NCBI RefSeq assembly: GCF_006345805.1 | Contig: NC_043010.1 | Span: 50,096,001-50,160,000 of the forward strand | From: Octopus sinensis | Taxonomy: Eukaryota | DNA length: 64,000 bases | Reading direction: 5' to 3' | In this document: piece after piece, positions 25,305 through 38,566 of the stretch | Layout: each line of letters starts with the position of its first letter | How positions within the stretch are numbered: the stretch's first letter is position 1 | Notes under the pieces: generated by a model | Databases searched by the model: none | Seen by the model: the letters and a program-made list of their open reading frames with translations, nothing else | What the model was told of the DNA's origin: nothing | Position numbers and translations under genes: made by a program

Positions 25305-25665
25305 AAGGTGCATGGCTCAGTGGTTAGCGCTTTAAGCTTGTGCTTGTAAGGTTGTGAGTTCAATTCCCAGACTGAGCTGCGTGTTGTGTTCTTGAGCAAG
25401 ACACTTTATTTCATGTTGCTCCAGTTCACTCAGCTTTAGAAATGAGTTGTGACATCACTGGTGCTAAGCTGTATCATCCTTTGCCTTCCCCTTGGATAAC
25501 ATGGGTGACATGGAGAGCGGAAGCTGGTATGCATGGGCGACTGCTGGTCTTCCATAAAAACAACCCTAGGTTGTGCATTCGCCGGTGAGGCGACTTTCCA
25601 CCTAGACTTGTACCCCGGAGGGGGATCTCTTAGGTGTACCTGTAGACATTCGTGACCAATGTAGT
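25305..25665 (+). mobile_element. tRNA-derived SINE family B (head gaaggcgcgtggctcagtggttag; central ttgagcaagacactttatttcacgttgctccag)
   Basis: A and B boxes present. Other copies at 1-215(-), 43441-43750(+), 44072-44250(-), 54420-54552(+), 54885-55178(+), 56425-56748(+) and 58170-58312(-). Confidence 0.85.
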
Positions 25666-26414
25666 CGAGTGAGTTCACCCAGAGACAAGATATTCTGAAG
25701 AAGGAAGGTATGGAAGCTGAAAGAACCCTCTACCAGATGTAGGTATTTTAAAAAATACAAAAAAAGGACAACTAGAAGTTTCTATAAGACAACCTGCTGT
25801 GAACTCAAACCAGATCTGTGAATGGATCAGGGCCAACCAGATAAATGGTGATATGGTGGTGAAATATGTTGTTAGAACTGCAAACGCTAAGAGACAGGCC
25901 TAAAAAATAGATTGACTTCAAATTTTAACACGAGGCCAGCAATTTTGGGAGAGAGGGATTAAGCTGATTACATCAATATTAGTGCTCAGCTGGTACTTAT
26001 TTTATCAACCTGCAAAAGGATGAAAGGTGAAGTCAGCCTCAGTGAATTTGATCTCAGAACATTAAGCTAGATGAAATGTCATTATTAAGCATTTTACTCA
26101 GTGTGCTAAGTCTGCCAGCTCACCACTGAAAATGAACAAGGGTAATAGAGAAGTGGGTTATCTCAGATTGCAAAGCCATGTCAATTAGTCATAATATCAG
26201 TGGTGAAAAGTATGTACATTAGGATAGCTGGCTGTGCATTTATTCTAATGCTGTAAAAAAAAAAATTTAACAGCAGTGGTGCCCCAGCATAGCCGTGGCC
26301 TTCGGGCTAAAACATTTTTAAGGATTTAAGGATTTATAGAAATGCTTCTACAAGAGGTTGCTGAATGAGAAGAATGCATGGGAGGGAGAGCGAGAGAGAA
26401 ATACCATGAGTAGA

Positions 26415-26660
26415 GGTGCCAGTTATTGAAATTGATAGTTGTGTGATGGAAATGGTTATTAAAATTATGAAGGCAAAGAAAGCTGCTGAAGCAACTGGAA
26501 TAGCCACCGAGAGGGTGAAAATACCCAGCTAAGTATAACGTGCTAGTCATTTGTATTGCCAATGTAGCACAGGAAGAGGTCATTCCTAGTGACTGGCATA
26601 GTATTGTTATCAACTTCTATAAAATGGCAAAGGGGATACTCCAGAAATAAGGGCAGCATT
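26415..26660 (+). mobile_element. Decayed RTE-clade LINE reverse-transcriptase fragment
   Basis: Frameshifted VIKIMKAKKAAEATGIATERVK and IANVAQEEVIPSDWHSIVINFYK resemble the non-LTR RT motifs MKTGKAAGPSGI.AEMLK and EGVIP.DW.SSIIV..YKGKGD. Confidence 0.6.
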
Positions 26661-27399
26661 ATAGCCCATTGGCAGTACTGGGATTTTAATTCTTCAAATG
26701 GAAAATTTATCGACAATAGTCCAGTGTTCTCTCCAGGAAGATTTTTAATTCTCATTCAAATAATACCTGAATCATTGTTGGGTGCTGATTTCATGAATAC
26801 ATTGAAAGCATTAGCTGTGTGTGCTTCAACAGATCTTTCATTTAGTCTCTAAATAACTTGTGGAGTCACTGTCAAAGCATTTTTATGTAATTTTCAAGTG
26901 TCTTTTTTTCTTAATATCTATCTTTCATGGTATCATATCTTAAGTAGTTTTTGTAAATCTGGACCTTTTTAAGAATTTTTAGAGCAAGTGTTGCTTATTT
27001 TCCTTTTTTGTTAAATTTCTTTCTATTATTACAGCTGGATATCATATGTAACACTCACCACTCAACTTTGAAGTGGGAAATGATACCTACGTTCATCTAG
27101 GTAGGCTGAGGCAAGTACAGTAATGTGTCCAGAGCACAGTGCAAATGCTAGTAACATGGATCAGCTGTCTAGCGCCTTTATTATCCACTTGCCCTGTCTG
27201 TTAACCCAGTTATGTCTGTAGATATTATAGAGCTAATTAATTGGCTTTATGCTAGTTTTTCCATGCTTGTATAGATGGGAAAGAACAATGTCCTGTGTGT
27301 TCCAGTTTTGCTCATAGCACTTAAAATGACATCATATACTTTATTCTTTTTATCTGATATTATTTAAAAAAAAATTTTCCTTCCTTTTCTTTTAAACAG

Positions 27400-27495
27400 C
27401 TCCAAGTCCAGGTGACCAATTTTCTGGCAGCAAACAGGACTGGTGGTCAAGTGAGAACAGATTTTTCATCTTTCCCAACACCTGAATATGCTCGG
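27400..27495 (+). CDS. DCTN1: DCTN1 exon: LQVQVTNFLAANRTGGQVRTDFSSFPTPEYAR
   Basis: aaacag|CTC...CGG|gtatgt, 96 nt, phase 0->0. Contains the conserved TDFSSFP (TDFATFP) motif. Confidence 0.94.
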
Positions 27496-27807
27496 GTATG
27501 TAGTTTTGTTAACTTCTTTTTTTTTTTTTTGTTACTACCATATTTCAGTTGAAATACAATGTCTTTGTTTCATTTAATTTTTTTAAAATAATGAAGAACT
27601 AGGTTGGTCATTACCTATTGCTATGCTGCTGCTGGTAAAAACATTTGTTAATCATGCATGTAACTTCATAAATTGTTCATAGTGAAAGTCTTTTTTGAAG
27701 TCTGTGTTGTATTGTCTATAAGTCAAAAGACATACAGAAACACACACACACACACACACAAATAAAAAACCAAAGAAAAATAACTATATATATACATAAA
27801 ATCATTG

Positions 27808-28292
27808 TCAGGCCAATGACTTTATATAACCCCCATGCTTCTATACGTTTCATCATATACAAATAATACCATGGCTTTCAACATATAAAAGAAATACATA
27901 TTTCTTGCACAGAAAGTAAAAAATATATATGTGCATAAAAATACAAAATATATAGAAGAGCCTGTCTGGAAAAAGCATATACAAATTAACTTAAAAAGGG
28001 CATCAGAATGAATTACTAAAACATATCAACTCAAAACTTTTTTGTCCTGGGGTAAATTTTTGTTGAGGGGTAAAATTTTTTAGTTGATTGATATGTTTTA
28101 ATAATTCATTTTGATCACCTATTTCTGGGCAGGCCCTTCTGTATATTTTGTATTTTTATATGTGCATATATATTTTTATCTTCTGTCTTGCTTATATATG
28201 TATTTCTTTTACATGTTGAAGGTCATGGTATTATTTGTATATGATGAAATGTATAGACGCATAGGGTTATATATAAAATGTCATTGACCTGA
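27808..28292. repeat. Fold-back element with about 220-bp arms and a 50-nt spacer in the last DCTN1 intron
   Basis: For example tttcatcatatacaaataataccatg is matched by catggtattatttgtatatgatgaaa. Arms are about 80% complementary by eye. Confidence 0.88.
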
Positions 28293-28420
28293 ATTTGATG
28301 TTTACCTGCTTCCCCCGAAATTGCTGGCCTTGTGCCAAAATTTGAAACCATTATTAATTTATAATTTTCGCTAAAACACATTATCAGCAATTTTTCTTTC
28401 TTTTCTCTCTTCTTCTCTAG

Positions 28421-28567
28421 GTACTAAAAGAGAAAAGCCTGGACAGTCTGGTACTCGGGCGTATATCAATCCCCACTCCAGGCACTCGACCTGAAGTCAT
28501 ACCCGTCAATATCCAACCATCTCAACTTCACACGATCCACAACAAACTTATTACAGTTAATCCCTGA
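28421..28567 (+). CDS. DCTN1: DCTN1 terminal coding exon: VLKEKSLDSLVLGRISIPTPGTRPEVIPVNIQPSQLHTIHNKLITVNP*
   Basis: Long pyrimidine tract then ctag|GTA, with TGA at 28565-28567. The ending QLHTIHNKLI resembles QLHQLHSRLIS. Confidence 0.93.
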   Translation, partial: VLKEKSLDSLVLGRISIPTPGTRPEVIPVNIQPSQLHTIHNKLITVNP

Positions 28568-28916
28568 AGCCAGCCTGTGACAAAACTTAATCCATATACA
28601 GATATAAGCTTGTAAATTCCTACATTTATTGCAATATATATATATATTTAAATGTCTTTTTGTTATATTTAGTCCTTCTTTTTTTATTATTTTTTGTTTC
28701 TTTTTGTAAAGGGTTCATTCATTCTGATCTTCCCTGGTGATCGCCCACCCGTTACTCTACCCTATTTTTCTGTTCCCTCCCCACTAATGGCTGTGGCTAC
28801 TAAAGCAGTAGCAATCTCTGTTAAATGTGTTTGGTTTTATTGTCTTTTTTTTTTTTTTTTTGGTGATGTTAGTTTTGCAGCTTCTCATAATTGCTACGGT
28901 TATTCTACATCTTAAG

Positions 28917-28922
28917 AATAAA
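28917..28922 (+). promoter_or_regulatory. Candidate polyadenylation signal AATAAA for DCTN1
   Basis: First AATAAA noticed, about 350 nt after the stop codon. The motif is common in AT-rich DNA. Confidence 0.3.
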
Positions 28923-29516
28923 TGGCCAGTGACTACAGATAAAGATGATTTTAAATGATAATGTATATGAAATTAAAAAGCAAGACAAAACTCTTAAATA
29001 TTCTCTGGTTTATGATTGTTGTTTAACCTTAAGGTTAGACTTGATCAAGCAAACCTATGATCAAAGATGTTCCAGCCATGACTGTCCCATTTGTTACTGT
29101 TTTTTTTTATTTTTGCGCATTATTTAATGGTCTTCCCTTTTTTTTTCAAAGATGATTGGGTGTGATTGAAGGAAATTTTGTCGCTTTTTCCTAGCATGTA
29201 GAAGTCCCTTTGTTGGCTTATCTTCGGGCTGTTGGCTTCGCCTGGTGAAATAGTTTGATATTAGTTTTGGTACAGCTCCCTGCCAACATCACTACTGCCA
29301 GTACCAACTAATGCTGCAGTATTATGAAAAGACGGTAGATGGCAGAAACTGTAGAGCAGCTGACCACTGTCTTGCAGTATTTAGTTATGTCCCTTCTCAT
29401 TCTGAGCTAAAATCCTACCAAGGTTTACTTTAACTTCCATCCAGGGGAGAATGGTTCATTTTACAAGCAACTATATCCTACCTCCAGAACATTGATCTAG
29501 AGTCTAGGTTAGAAAG

Positions 29517-29555
<39 letters not shown>

Positions 29556-30097
29556 CACACACACATAAATACATACATACATACAAATACTTAAATAAAG
29601 ATATTCACACACACACACACGCATATATTGTTAGGGAGGGCATCCAGCCATAAAAACCATGCCAAAACTGACACAGTAGCCTGGGGTAGTTTTCTACTTG
29701 GCTGGTTCCTGTCAAACTGTCCAATCCATGCCAGCATGGAAGCCAGTTGTTAAACGATGATGAAATATATGCATACATACATACATACATCATCATCGTT
29801 TAACGTCTGCTTTCCATGCTAGCATGGGTTGGACGATTTGACTGAAGACTGGCAAATCAGATGGCTGCACCAGGCTCCAATCTGATCTGGCAGAGTTTCT
29901 ACAGTTGGATGCCCTTCCTAACGCCAACTGCTCTGAGAGTGTAGTGGGTGCTTTTATGTGCCACCGGCACAACAGCCAGTCAGGTAGTACTGGCAGCGGC
30001 CACGCTCAAGTGGTGATTTTTACGTGCCACCTGCACAGGAACCAGTCAAGCAGCACTGGCAACAACCTTGCTCGAATGTTTTCCATGTGCCACCAGC

Positions 30098-30147
<50 letters not shown>

Positions 30148-33100
30148 TACAAGCATACATATAGAGAGAGAAACATATATAATGTGAAATATATTATATT
30201 AGAATATGTTATTGTAATTAGGATTATTCAGTATTTCTGTTTCATTATTATTTTCCTATGGTTCTTCCTTCTTTAATCTTTTAATATATATGTGCATTGA
30301 CATAATAACCATTTGCTGTGGGCCCCCTCGGGATTTGTAGTCATGCAAACTGCATGATGGCCTCATAAGTGCTGGCACCATGTAAAAAGCTCCCAGTACA
30401 CACTGCAATGTGGTTGGCACTAGGAAAGGCATCCAACCTTAGAAACCATGCCAAATCTGACACTGGAGCACTGTGCAGTCAGTCCATGGGTCCAGCAGAT
30501 ACTGTCAAACCATCTACCCCACGTTAGCATAGAACATAGATATTAAATGATGATGATGATGAAGTCAACTTCTGAAATATCTTGATTCCCTTCAAATAAA
30601 CACGGTCTTGGCAGAATTGTTACCATGCTGGGCAAAATGCTTAGCAGCATTTCATCCATCCTTATGTTCTGTGTTCAAATTCCGCCGAGGTCGACTTTGC
30701 CTTTCATCCTTTCAGGATCTATAAATTAATTACCAGTGAAACACTGGGGTGAATGCAATTGACTGATCCTCCTCCCCTGAAATTTCAGACCTTTAGTAGA
30801 AAGGATTACCGTTTAATAATTTTACTCCTCTTCCATTTATCTTTTTTTCATCATAAATTAAAGATGATGTAATTGCATCATTGTAAACGTGTAGAATACT
30901 AATGGCCATTTAAAACACAGATGCTGTTATCACCTTTGTTTTATTTATTTTGTATTAGTATCAAAGTCTTTCATTGTATATCTGTACCATTGTGGTTGAT
31001 AATCTATTCTATATAATAGTGGTTATAAATGAAAAGAAGACAACCTGTAATGCTGGAAGCTGCCATAATGTAACTGAAAGAAAAGTGAGGTCTCTTTTAT
31101 GAGTGTGCATAAATTATGATTTACATTTTCCCCTTGTTTAAAAATATGACTTCAGAATTAAAAGAAGCAAAATTTGTTCTTGTTTGGCATGTTAAACTAT
31201 AATTTACTACTTCATAGTAACCCATGTAACATTCTGGATGGGACTACTGCAGTAAACTTCATTTTGACATAATTGTCCAACCTTGTTACATATTCCTATG
31301 TTAGGATATTACATTAAGGATACAAGTATTCTAAAAAATACTCAACCACTTGTACAACTGGGATTATTCAACATCAGATTTTACCTAGGAGCCAGTTATT
31401 TTTTCTTTCACTATTCGGATGGTGCTTTTTATGTGCCACTGGCACAGGAGCCAGTCGGGGCGGCGCTGGCATTGGCCACGTTGTATATATATATATGTAT
31501 GTGTGTGTATATGTTTGTGTGTCTGTGTTTGTCCCCCCAACATCGCTTGACAACTGATGGTGGTGTGTTTACAACCCCGTAACTTAGCAGTTCGGCAAAA
31601 GAGACCGATAGAATAAGTACTAGGCTTCCAAGGAATAAATCCTGGGGTTGATTTGCTCGACTAAAGGCGGTGCTCCAGCATGGCTGTAGTCGAATGGCCG
31701 AAGGAAGTAAAAGAGTAAAAGAGTAACTATCAGCTGAGTCCCTTGTGAAGATGGCCCCTCTACTTTCCTTCAACCAGGAAAGGCAACCAGTTTTTATCTG
31801 CTTGAGGCCCAGGGTAAAGGGGATCATATAGTAGACATGGCTGAAAGGGCTAAAGACCAGCAGTTGTGTTTTTGTCAAGACCTTAATAATCTTTTACAGG
31901 TTTCACTTAAAGAGGAAAATCAGGGTGGAGAGGTAAGGGCTGCCTTGCAATCAGTTTGTTGAAAGGTGGGTGAGAGAGGTGAGCATTACCTGCGTGAATG
32001 GGCCTTCTCTTCGTGTATACCTGTATATTGGAGAGGAAAGACTGAGAGAGGGCATCCACCCTGGTAGTCAGGGAGACCATGGATTTTGTGGGCTTTCTTT
32101 ACGCGTAGCCCTTGAAAGTCCCTCCACTCTCAGGGGTTTTACTTTGACTTTGTTTCATTCATTGTCTGACATTTTACCTGCTAAACTCACACTGTACCCT
32201 CCCGCATATTTTCCTTTGTGTTCGCCCTCTGTGGCTAATAAAGAAATTATTATAAATTATTTCCTTACTGTTTATCTTCAAATGAATGTCTGCAGCTTTA
32301 AGGTTGGCATTAGCAAATTTCCAAGTCATACATTCCTTAGTTCCATCTGTGATCGAAAGATGCGAAGTATTTACAATATGTGTCACTTTATAGTAATGGC
32401 CTGTCACATTCATTTAAAAAAATTTTTTTTTATTTATATATATATATATATATATAATGAGAGAGAGAATGCATGTGAAAATGTGATATTTGTTCTGGCT
32501 CTCATCGATGCCAGCATTCTTTTCACCCCCGTCAGGGTTGAGAAACCACCTGGCCAGTGCTGGTGTAGGGTATTTTGCTGGGCCAAAGGTGGGACACTCA
32601 AGAGAATCTGTGTCTGCTGACAGCTATGTGGGCACCTAAAACTGTTTGCCAAATCATGACACAAATCATGGTACAAGTGACAACCATGTGTGTGTGGGTG
32701 CATGTAAAATTATGTACAGTAATGCTTTTACTGCTTTAATCATATATTTAACATTTCTGTTCTGAATGTAAAGAAATTAATATAGCAAAAATCTCATTCA
32801 ACTAAATATATCTCTCAGATTAAAACACCCTAGTTTTATTTTATGTATATTTTTCTTTATTATTTTGGCTTCTAATATCTCTATTTTGATAACCATTCTT
32901 CTCTCCTATTTCAGTTCATTAATAAGTTGCTTTTTCTCTCCAGATTCAGCTCCTCTAGTTCAGTGTTAAAAGTGTTAAGAACCTCTCTATACCCTACTGT
33001 TTCCTTTCACTTGCTCATCAATTTCAGCCAAAATATTGTTGAGGTGTTTATACCCTATTACTTCTGTATTGTATCCATGGCAAAGATTCTTCCCTTTGGC

Positions 33101-36100
33101 CTACTTCATTTAGCTGTATGTAAGTACCACAAGGTGGTATAAGACCATTGGGAATAAGATGGTATAAGAGGCATATGGGAATGGCAACACTATAGAAACT
33201 GATGAGTGTTTTGCTATTTGTGGTGTTGGCCTGGAGAGGTCAGTAGGGTACCGCTCAAGTGTATTTCTCTCATATCACATACAAAAAAAAAAACGTCTTT
33301 AGTGGATACGCTAATGACCAGATAGAACTGTTGACCATCTGCTGTTTCATAGTAAGTTCCTGACTTAATCCATCCCCTGTTTTTATGCCACCAACTAACT
33401 CTTGAATGTGTTTAGTGGAATCCAGTCTGTTACAAGCATTTGGAACTGGTCCCTGATCTAAGGATAACCCACAAGTCGTAGCCTCCATTTTTCTTTCTTT
33501 CTTCCCCCCGACCCCTACTGCAAGTTTCTAAATTCTTGTCAAAGTATCCTGTAGGCTGCCCTTCCTCCTCTGACTAAAACAAAATTTTTTTTCAAAAAAC
33601 GAAACCGGTGAAGTTGTTTCACTTATACATTTAGAGTGTAAGCATGAATTTTACAACATCCCATTTTTCTCTACCCCTAATCTAAAAATCTTGGGCTTTA
33701 TGCAAATGTAAGAAATAATCATATTTGAGCAGTGTGGTTTGGCTTGCTGCTACTATTATTATTATTATCGTTATTATTATTTCATTGTTGCTTTCAAAGC
33801 TTTCCCATCAAAAGGGAATGAGTGATTGCCAAACCTTCTAAACACTGCATATTCCCAGCTATTCTCCACTTTGCTATCAATTTGCAGAAATATTGCCTTA
33901 AATGATTTGATTGATTAAAGAGAAAATATGGATTAGGTAATTTAAAATCTGCCAAGATTAATTTATATTTTCATCCTTCCAAGATGAGAGTACTTTTAAG
34001 TACTGGGGTTGATTCAATTGACTAACCCTTTTCCCTAAATTTGTGGTGTGGTGCCTATGTAAGAAATTATTAATATTATCGTTGTTATTTGTCTGTGTTG
34101 TATTCTGCTAATTGGTAAATTCTTTAGAAGTGGTGAAATAAATATACTAGACTTTTTTTTTTTCATTATTATTATTATCTGATAAAAAAAAAATAACACA
34201 AAAAACCCAAAACAAAAATTGATTTTTCAAAATTCCTTAAATTAAAAAAAAAAATGTAATCATTTACCAACAGATAGTTGAATCAAGACTATACCATGCT
34301 ACCTCCTGTCTCGAAATCTAATTTTATTCGGTCATTTCTTCTGTAGCTAATCTTTAAAAAAGAAAAAAAAGAAAAAAATTTTAAAAAAAGCACATCAAAA
34401 TTCATTGTTATTTGAAAAGTGAAATATTGCTAAGGGTTGTTGTTGATGTTGTTGTTAGTTGTTTTTCTTTTTACACTCCCCCCTCCCCCCCAGTACTTTC
34501 GTTCTAAAAAGAATTTCTAATCTTTCTGCTATTATAATTTATTCGGCGTTTTTCATTCATTCCCCCTGGGGCAAATAAAATAAAGTACCAGTCAAGTACT
34601 GAAGGCGGTGCCAATGGTATCGGCTAAACCCAATCCCTCGAAATTACTGGCTTTGTCCCCTAAATTAGGTTGTGAGTTGGCAGAACCATTAGCATGTCAG
34701 ACAAAATGCTTTGTGGCATTTCGTCTATCTTTGTTTTCTGAGTTCAAATTCTGCCAAGGTTTATTTTGCCTTTCATTGGATCCCACCTCCCCCAGCCAAG
34801 TTGATGTAATCGACTAACTCCCTTCTCCCTATAAAATTTCAGGCCTTATGTTCATAGTAGGGAGGATTATTATTTAAAATCTTGTTGTGGTCAACTTTAA
34901 TCTTCATTAATCCAGGACAGATACTTAAACCAGTCAAGTTACTAGGATTGATCTTATCAGTTGCTATTTCTGCCCCCTCCCACTTAACTTTTGAAGTCTT
35001 GAAATTATGGCAAATTATTGAACTTTTGCCTTTTATCCTTTTGGTGGGGGCACGTGGCCTAGTGGTTACAGTGTTGCATTGATGATTGTAAGGTCATGGG
35101 TGCATTGTGTTTTTTGAGTAAAACACTTCATTTTATGTTGCTTCTGTCCACTCAGCTGTAAATCATCAACTGGTCGTACTGCTTATACAGATTCCATTGA
35201 CTGTCTGCCACCATCCAGTTTTATTTATATTTGAATTGGAAGCTTCAGCCACAATGAATCTCTCATTAGATGATTACGCAACCATGGATGCCACCCCTAC
35301 AGATGCATTGCAGTTACTCTTATTGAGCTTGGTGGTCCTGATTGTTGATCTTCTAGGATCCCTCTGCTCAGCATCAGTGTAAGAAGCACCATTGGCTCAG
35401 TTGAGCTCTTCTGCTACCCTTTCACAATCCACTATGTTGCAGTCCCCATGACTTTACCATATCCCTGGCAGGGTGGCAGAACTGGTATTCTTGATAGAGC
35501 TTGGTAATCCTGACCATTGATCTTCTAAGATTCCTCCGCTCAGCATCAGTGTAAGAAGCACCATTGGCTCAGCTGAGCGCTTCCACTGCCTCTTCACAAT
35601 CTATTATGCTGTAATCCCATTGACTTTCTGTATCCCTTGTGAAAGGGCCATCCCATTGCTATGCAGAGCCTGATTATCACTCATTGAGGTAAAGTACCTG
35701 CATACCCAGCTGTAAATGAGCACTGGCCATAATTAAGAAGTTAACCTTGCAACTGACCGGTGTCCAATTCAGGGCTGGGGTGGTGGAGAGGCTGTAATCT
35801 CAGTCACTTATACACTATGGAAACTGGGTGAAGCTCTGAGTCCTGGAGCTCATGATTAGAGCTAAGCTAAGATAAATTAAGTACCAGTCAAATTGCTGGT
35901 GTCAATATAATCAACTGTTCTGTGTGCCCAAAATGAGAGGCCATGTACCTATGTTAGAAATCATTATTATTATTATTATTATTATTAAGGTAGAAAGATG
36001 GCAGAATTCTTAGCACATAAGACGAAATACTTAATGGCATTTCTTGTGGCTTTTTGTTCTGAGTTAAATTCCATTTTAGATAGACCTTGCTTTTCATCTT

Positions 36101-36569
36101 TCAGCATTGATGAAATAAGTTACCAGTTAAACACTGGGGTCAAAGGCCCTCCCCACAAACATTTCAGGCCTTGTCCTATAGTATAGAAGAGGTTGTTATT
36201 AATGAGGTGGTTTGGCAGAATCATTAGATTGGAGATTCTCATTCATTTTTTTTTAATCTATTGATCCCTTTGATTGCTATTTTATTCTGATGGACCTCAA
36301 TAGCCAGTCAATGTTTAAAAACTAGTTTTATAGAAACTTCTTTCAAAATTCCTATCTTGTTTTTCACACATTAACTTTTGTAAGTTGAATTGTGTAAAAT
36401 GTTAGAGAAACCTAGCTGTTTCTTGCAATACATACCAGTACACACATCTAAAGCAAAATTTTTTTTCAGGGGCCCTTAAAATACTATTGTGGATCCCAAT
36501 TATTTTGTTGCGTGGACCCTTGGGAGCCATATGTACTCTGATTGGGAACCACTGCCTTAGAACGCTTTT

Positions 36570-36815
36570 TACTTGACTTGAGACAGCATTCACCCGGGGT
36601 GGGTTGAACTGGCTTCATTCATCCTCAGTGCTGCATCTCACAAACGCTGACCAGGCCTGGCAATTTGAGGTTAACGACCGCGTGATCTCCAACCACTCCT
36701 TATTCCAGTGGCAAACGCCGTAGATATGGGGGCCTAGGTTGGGTTCCAGATCAGCCTTGACTGTCATCAGGCAGGTTTTTCATTGTCCACCACATCGCTT
36801 TCACCAACCCTGAAT
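36570..36815 (-). mobile_element. RTE-clade LINE 3' end, 5'-truncated, with (TCAAG)n tail
   Basis: Minus strand GW*KRCGGQ*KTCLMTVKADLEPNLGPHIYGVCHWNKEWLEITRSLTSNCQAWSAFVR resembles the RTE ORF C-terminus (W.K.RGGQ.KTW...). It ends in tcaagtcaagtaa. Confidence 0.75.
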
Positions 36816-37529
36816 GCTGGAGAAACAACAACACTTGTAGTTTTTCTTTAGTCTCAGTGATGCTTCTATAAGCTATAAGGTGTTGCAACATAAAGATAGT
36901 ATCTGAAATTGAGAAACCAATTTTAAAAGAGTTTCCTTGGTTTTATGTTATGATGGAAGTTCTGAATTCAATTTTTGATTGGGTAAAATTTGCACTTCCT
37001 CACTTCTGGTTGGGTGGAGGTAGTGAAATAAAGTACTTACCTAGTATTGAGGGACAGGGGGTGATTTAGTGAGTTATATGCACCTTCCCAAGAATTTCTG
37101 CCTTTCTGCCAAACTTAGAAACCATTTTTATTTTATTTATTTTTCAATTTAAGAACTTTCCCTTTTTAATTATTCTGTTATCCAATTAAAAAAATTCCTC
37201 ATTGTTTTAATTATGAACAGTTCTTTCATGTAATTAACCCGTTTTTTTTTCTTGATTACTTTTGTTAGTAAAATTTTAAAGGAGTAATGCTGTAAGTCCA
37301 GTATCTTTACATACTTTTGAAGGCTTACTATTCCCTTCCTACCTATCTTCCACATCCCCCCCTCTCTCTCGCTTGTCTTCTTCCCCCTCTCTCATTTATC
37401 GGGTTTATCAGTCCTGTAATTGACTTTGTATATATTTTGCTGCACATCATGTTGTATCTGTGACTAACATACATAGTCGTGTGTATGTTTATGTTCTTTT
37501 TTTTCTTTTTTAAGTGAAAATGTACAATA

Positions 37530-37927
37530 GGCGCAGGCCTGGCTGTGTGGTAAGAAGCTTACTTCCCAACCACATGGTTCTGGGTTCAGTCCCTCTGCGT
37601 AGCACCTTGGACAAGTGTCTTCTACTATAGTTCTTGGCCAACCAAAGCCTTCTGAGTGGATTTGGTTGACAGAAACTGAAAGAAGCCCATTATATATATT
37701 TATGTATGTGTGTGTCTGTGTTTGTGTGTCCCCCTCCCCCCTTTGCTTGACAACCGATGGTGGTGTGTTTCTGTCCCCGTAACTTAGCGGTTTGGCAACA
37801 GAGACTGATAGAATAAGTACTAGGCTTACAAAGAATAAGTCCTGGGGTTGATTTCTTCGACTAAAACCCTTTAAGGCAGTGCTCCAGCATGGCCGCAGTC
37901 AAATGACTGAAATGTGTAAAAGAGTAA
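37530..37927 (+). mobile_element. SINE family A, full length
   Basis: Head ggcgcaggcctggctgtgtggtaag through tail gtaaaagagta. Confidence 0.85.
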
Positions 37928-38335
37928 TATTTCAATGTTTGTAAGCAAATGTGTTATTTTTTTTTTTCCTATTTCAATTAACTTTTCAAAAATGATTTTT
38001 ATAAAATCGTTAGCTTTTCACAGTTTTATATTACCACCACGGCCATTTCAAGTTCTTCTGTAAGTTAAAAAAAAAAATCACTCCTTCTTGTATCCCATAC
38101 TTCATACAGCAACCCTTTAAATCCAAACTTTTTAATTATCATTGCTGGTGTGTTTTTGTTTTTGTTTTCTGACTTTTAAATTCCATTTAGGACATGAAAG
38201 TTGAACATTTTTCAAAACCTAGTTTAAAAGTCTTTTTGTTCTAATGTTTTAGCTTCACGGAGGAAGCATCGCAGCCATGGCCCTTTCTAATGTCTCTGTC
38301 GGGAGGACTGTCCTCAGACTAGAAACTTATCCCAA

Positions 38336-38566
38336 GGCGGCAATCTGACAGAAATGTTAGCATGCCGAGTGAAATGCTTTGCAGTATTTTGTCTGCCGCT
38401 ACGTTCTGAGTTCAAATTCCGCCGAGGTTGACTTTGCCTTTCATCCTTTCGGGGTCGATTTAATAAGTACCAGTTACACACTGGGGTCGATATAATCGAC
38501 TTAATCCGTTTGTCTGTCCTTGTTTGTCCCCTCTGTGTGTAGCCCCTTGTGGGCAGTAAAGAAATA
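38336..38566 (+). mobile_element. Young SINE family C copy with a 15-bp TSD
   Basis: agaaacttatcccaa at 38321-38335 and 38567-38581. B-box gagttcaaattcc, CpGs retained. Confidence 0.92.

Noticed and set aside
25305-25380. tRNA-like sequences at SINE heads (also 54420, 56425, 62572, 23054)
   Set aside because: No complete cloverleaf, and each continues into a SINE body, so none is called a tRNA gene.
25696-25735. CTGAAGA...GAAA possible hammerhead
   Set aside because: Stem II has only 2 bp, and there is no stem I or III.
31900-31932. 33-nt exon-like segment VSLKEENQGGE with good splice signals
   Set aside because: Lies downstream of the DCTN1 stop, with no partner exons and no homology.
31970-32620. 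216-aa plus-strand ORF
   Set aside because: Runs through AT-rich DNA and a (TA)n tract, with no domain, no codon bias and no consistent splice sites.
33270-33488. 72-aa minus ORF MEATTCGLSLDQ...
   Set aside because: No recognisable homology, and it ends in a poly-T-derived tail.
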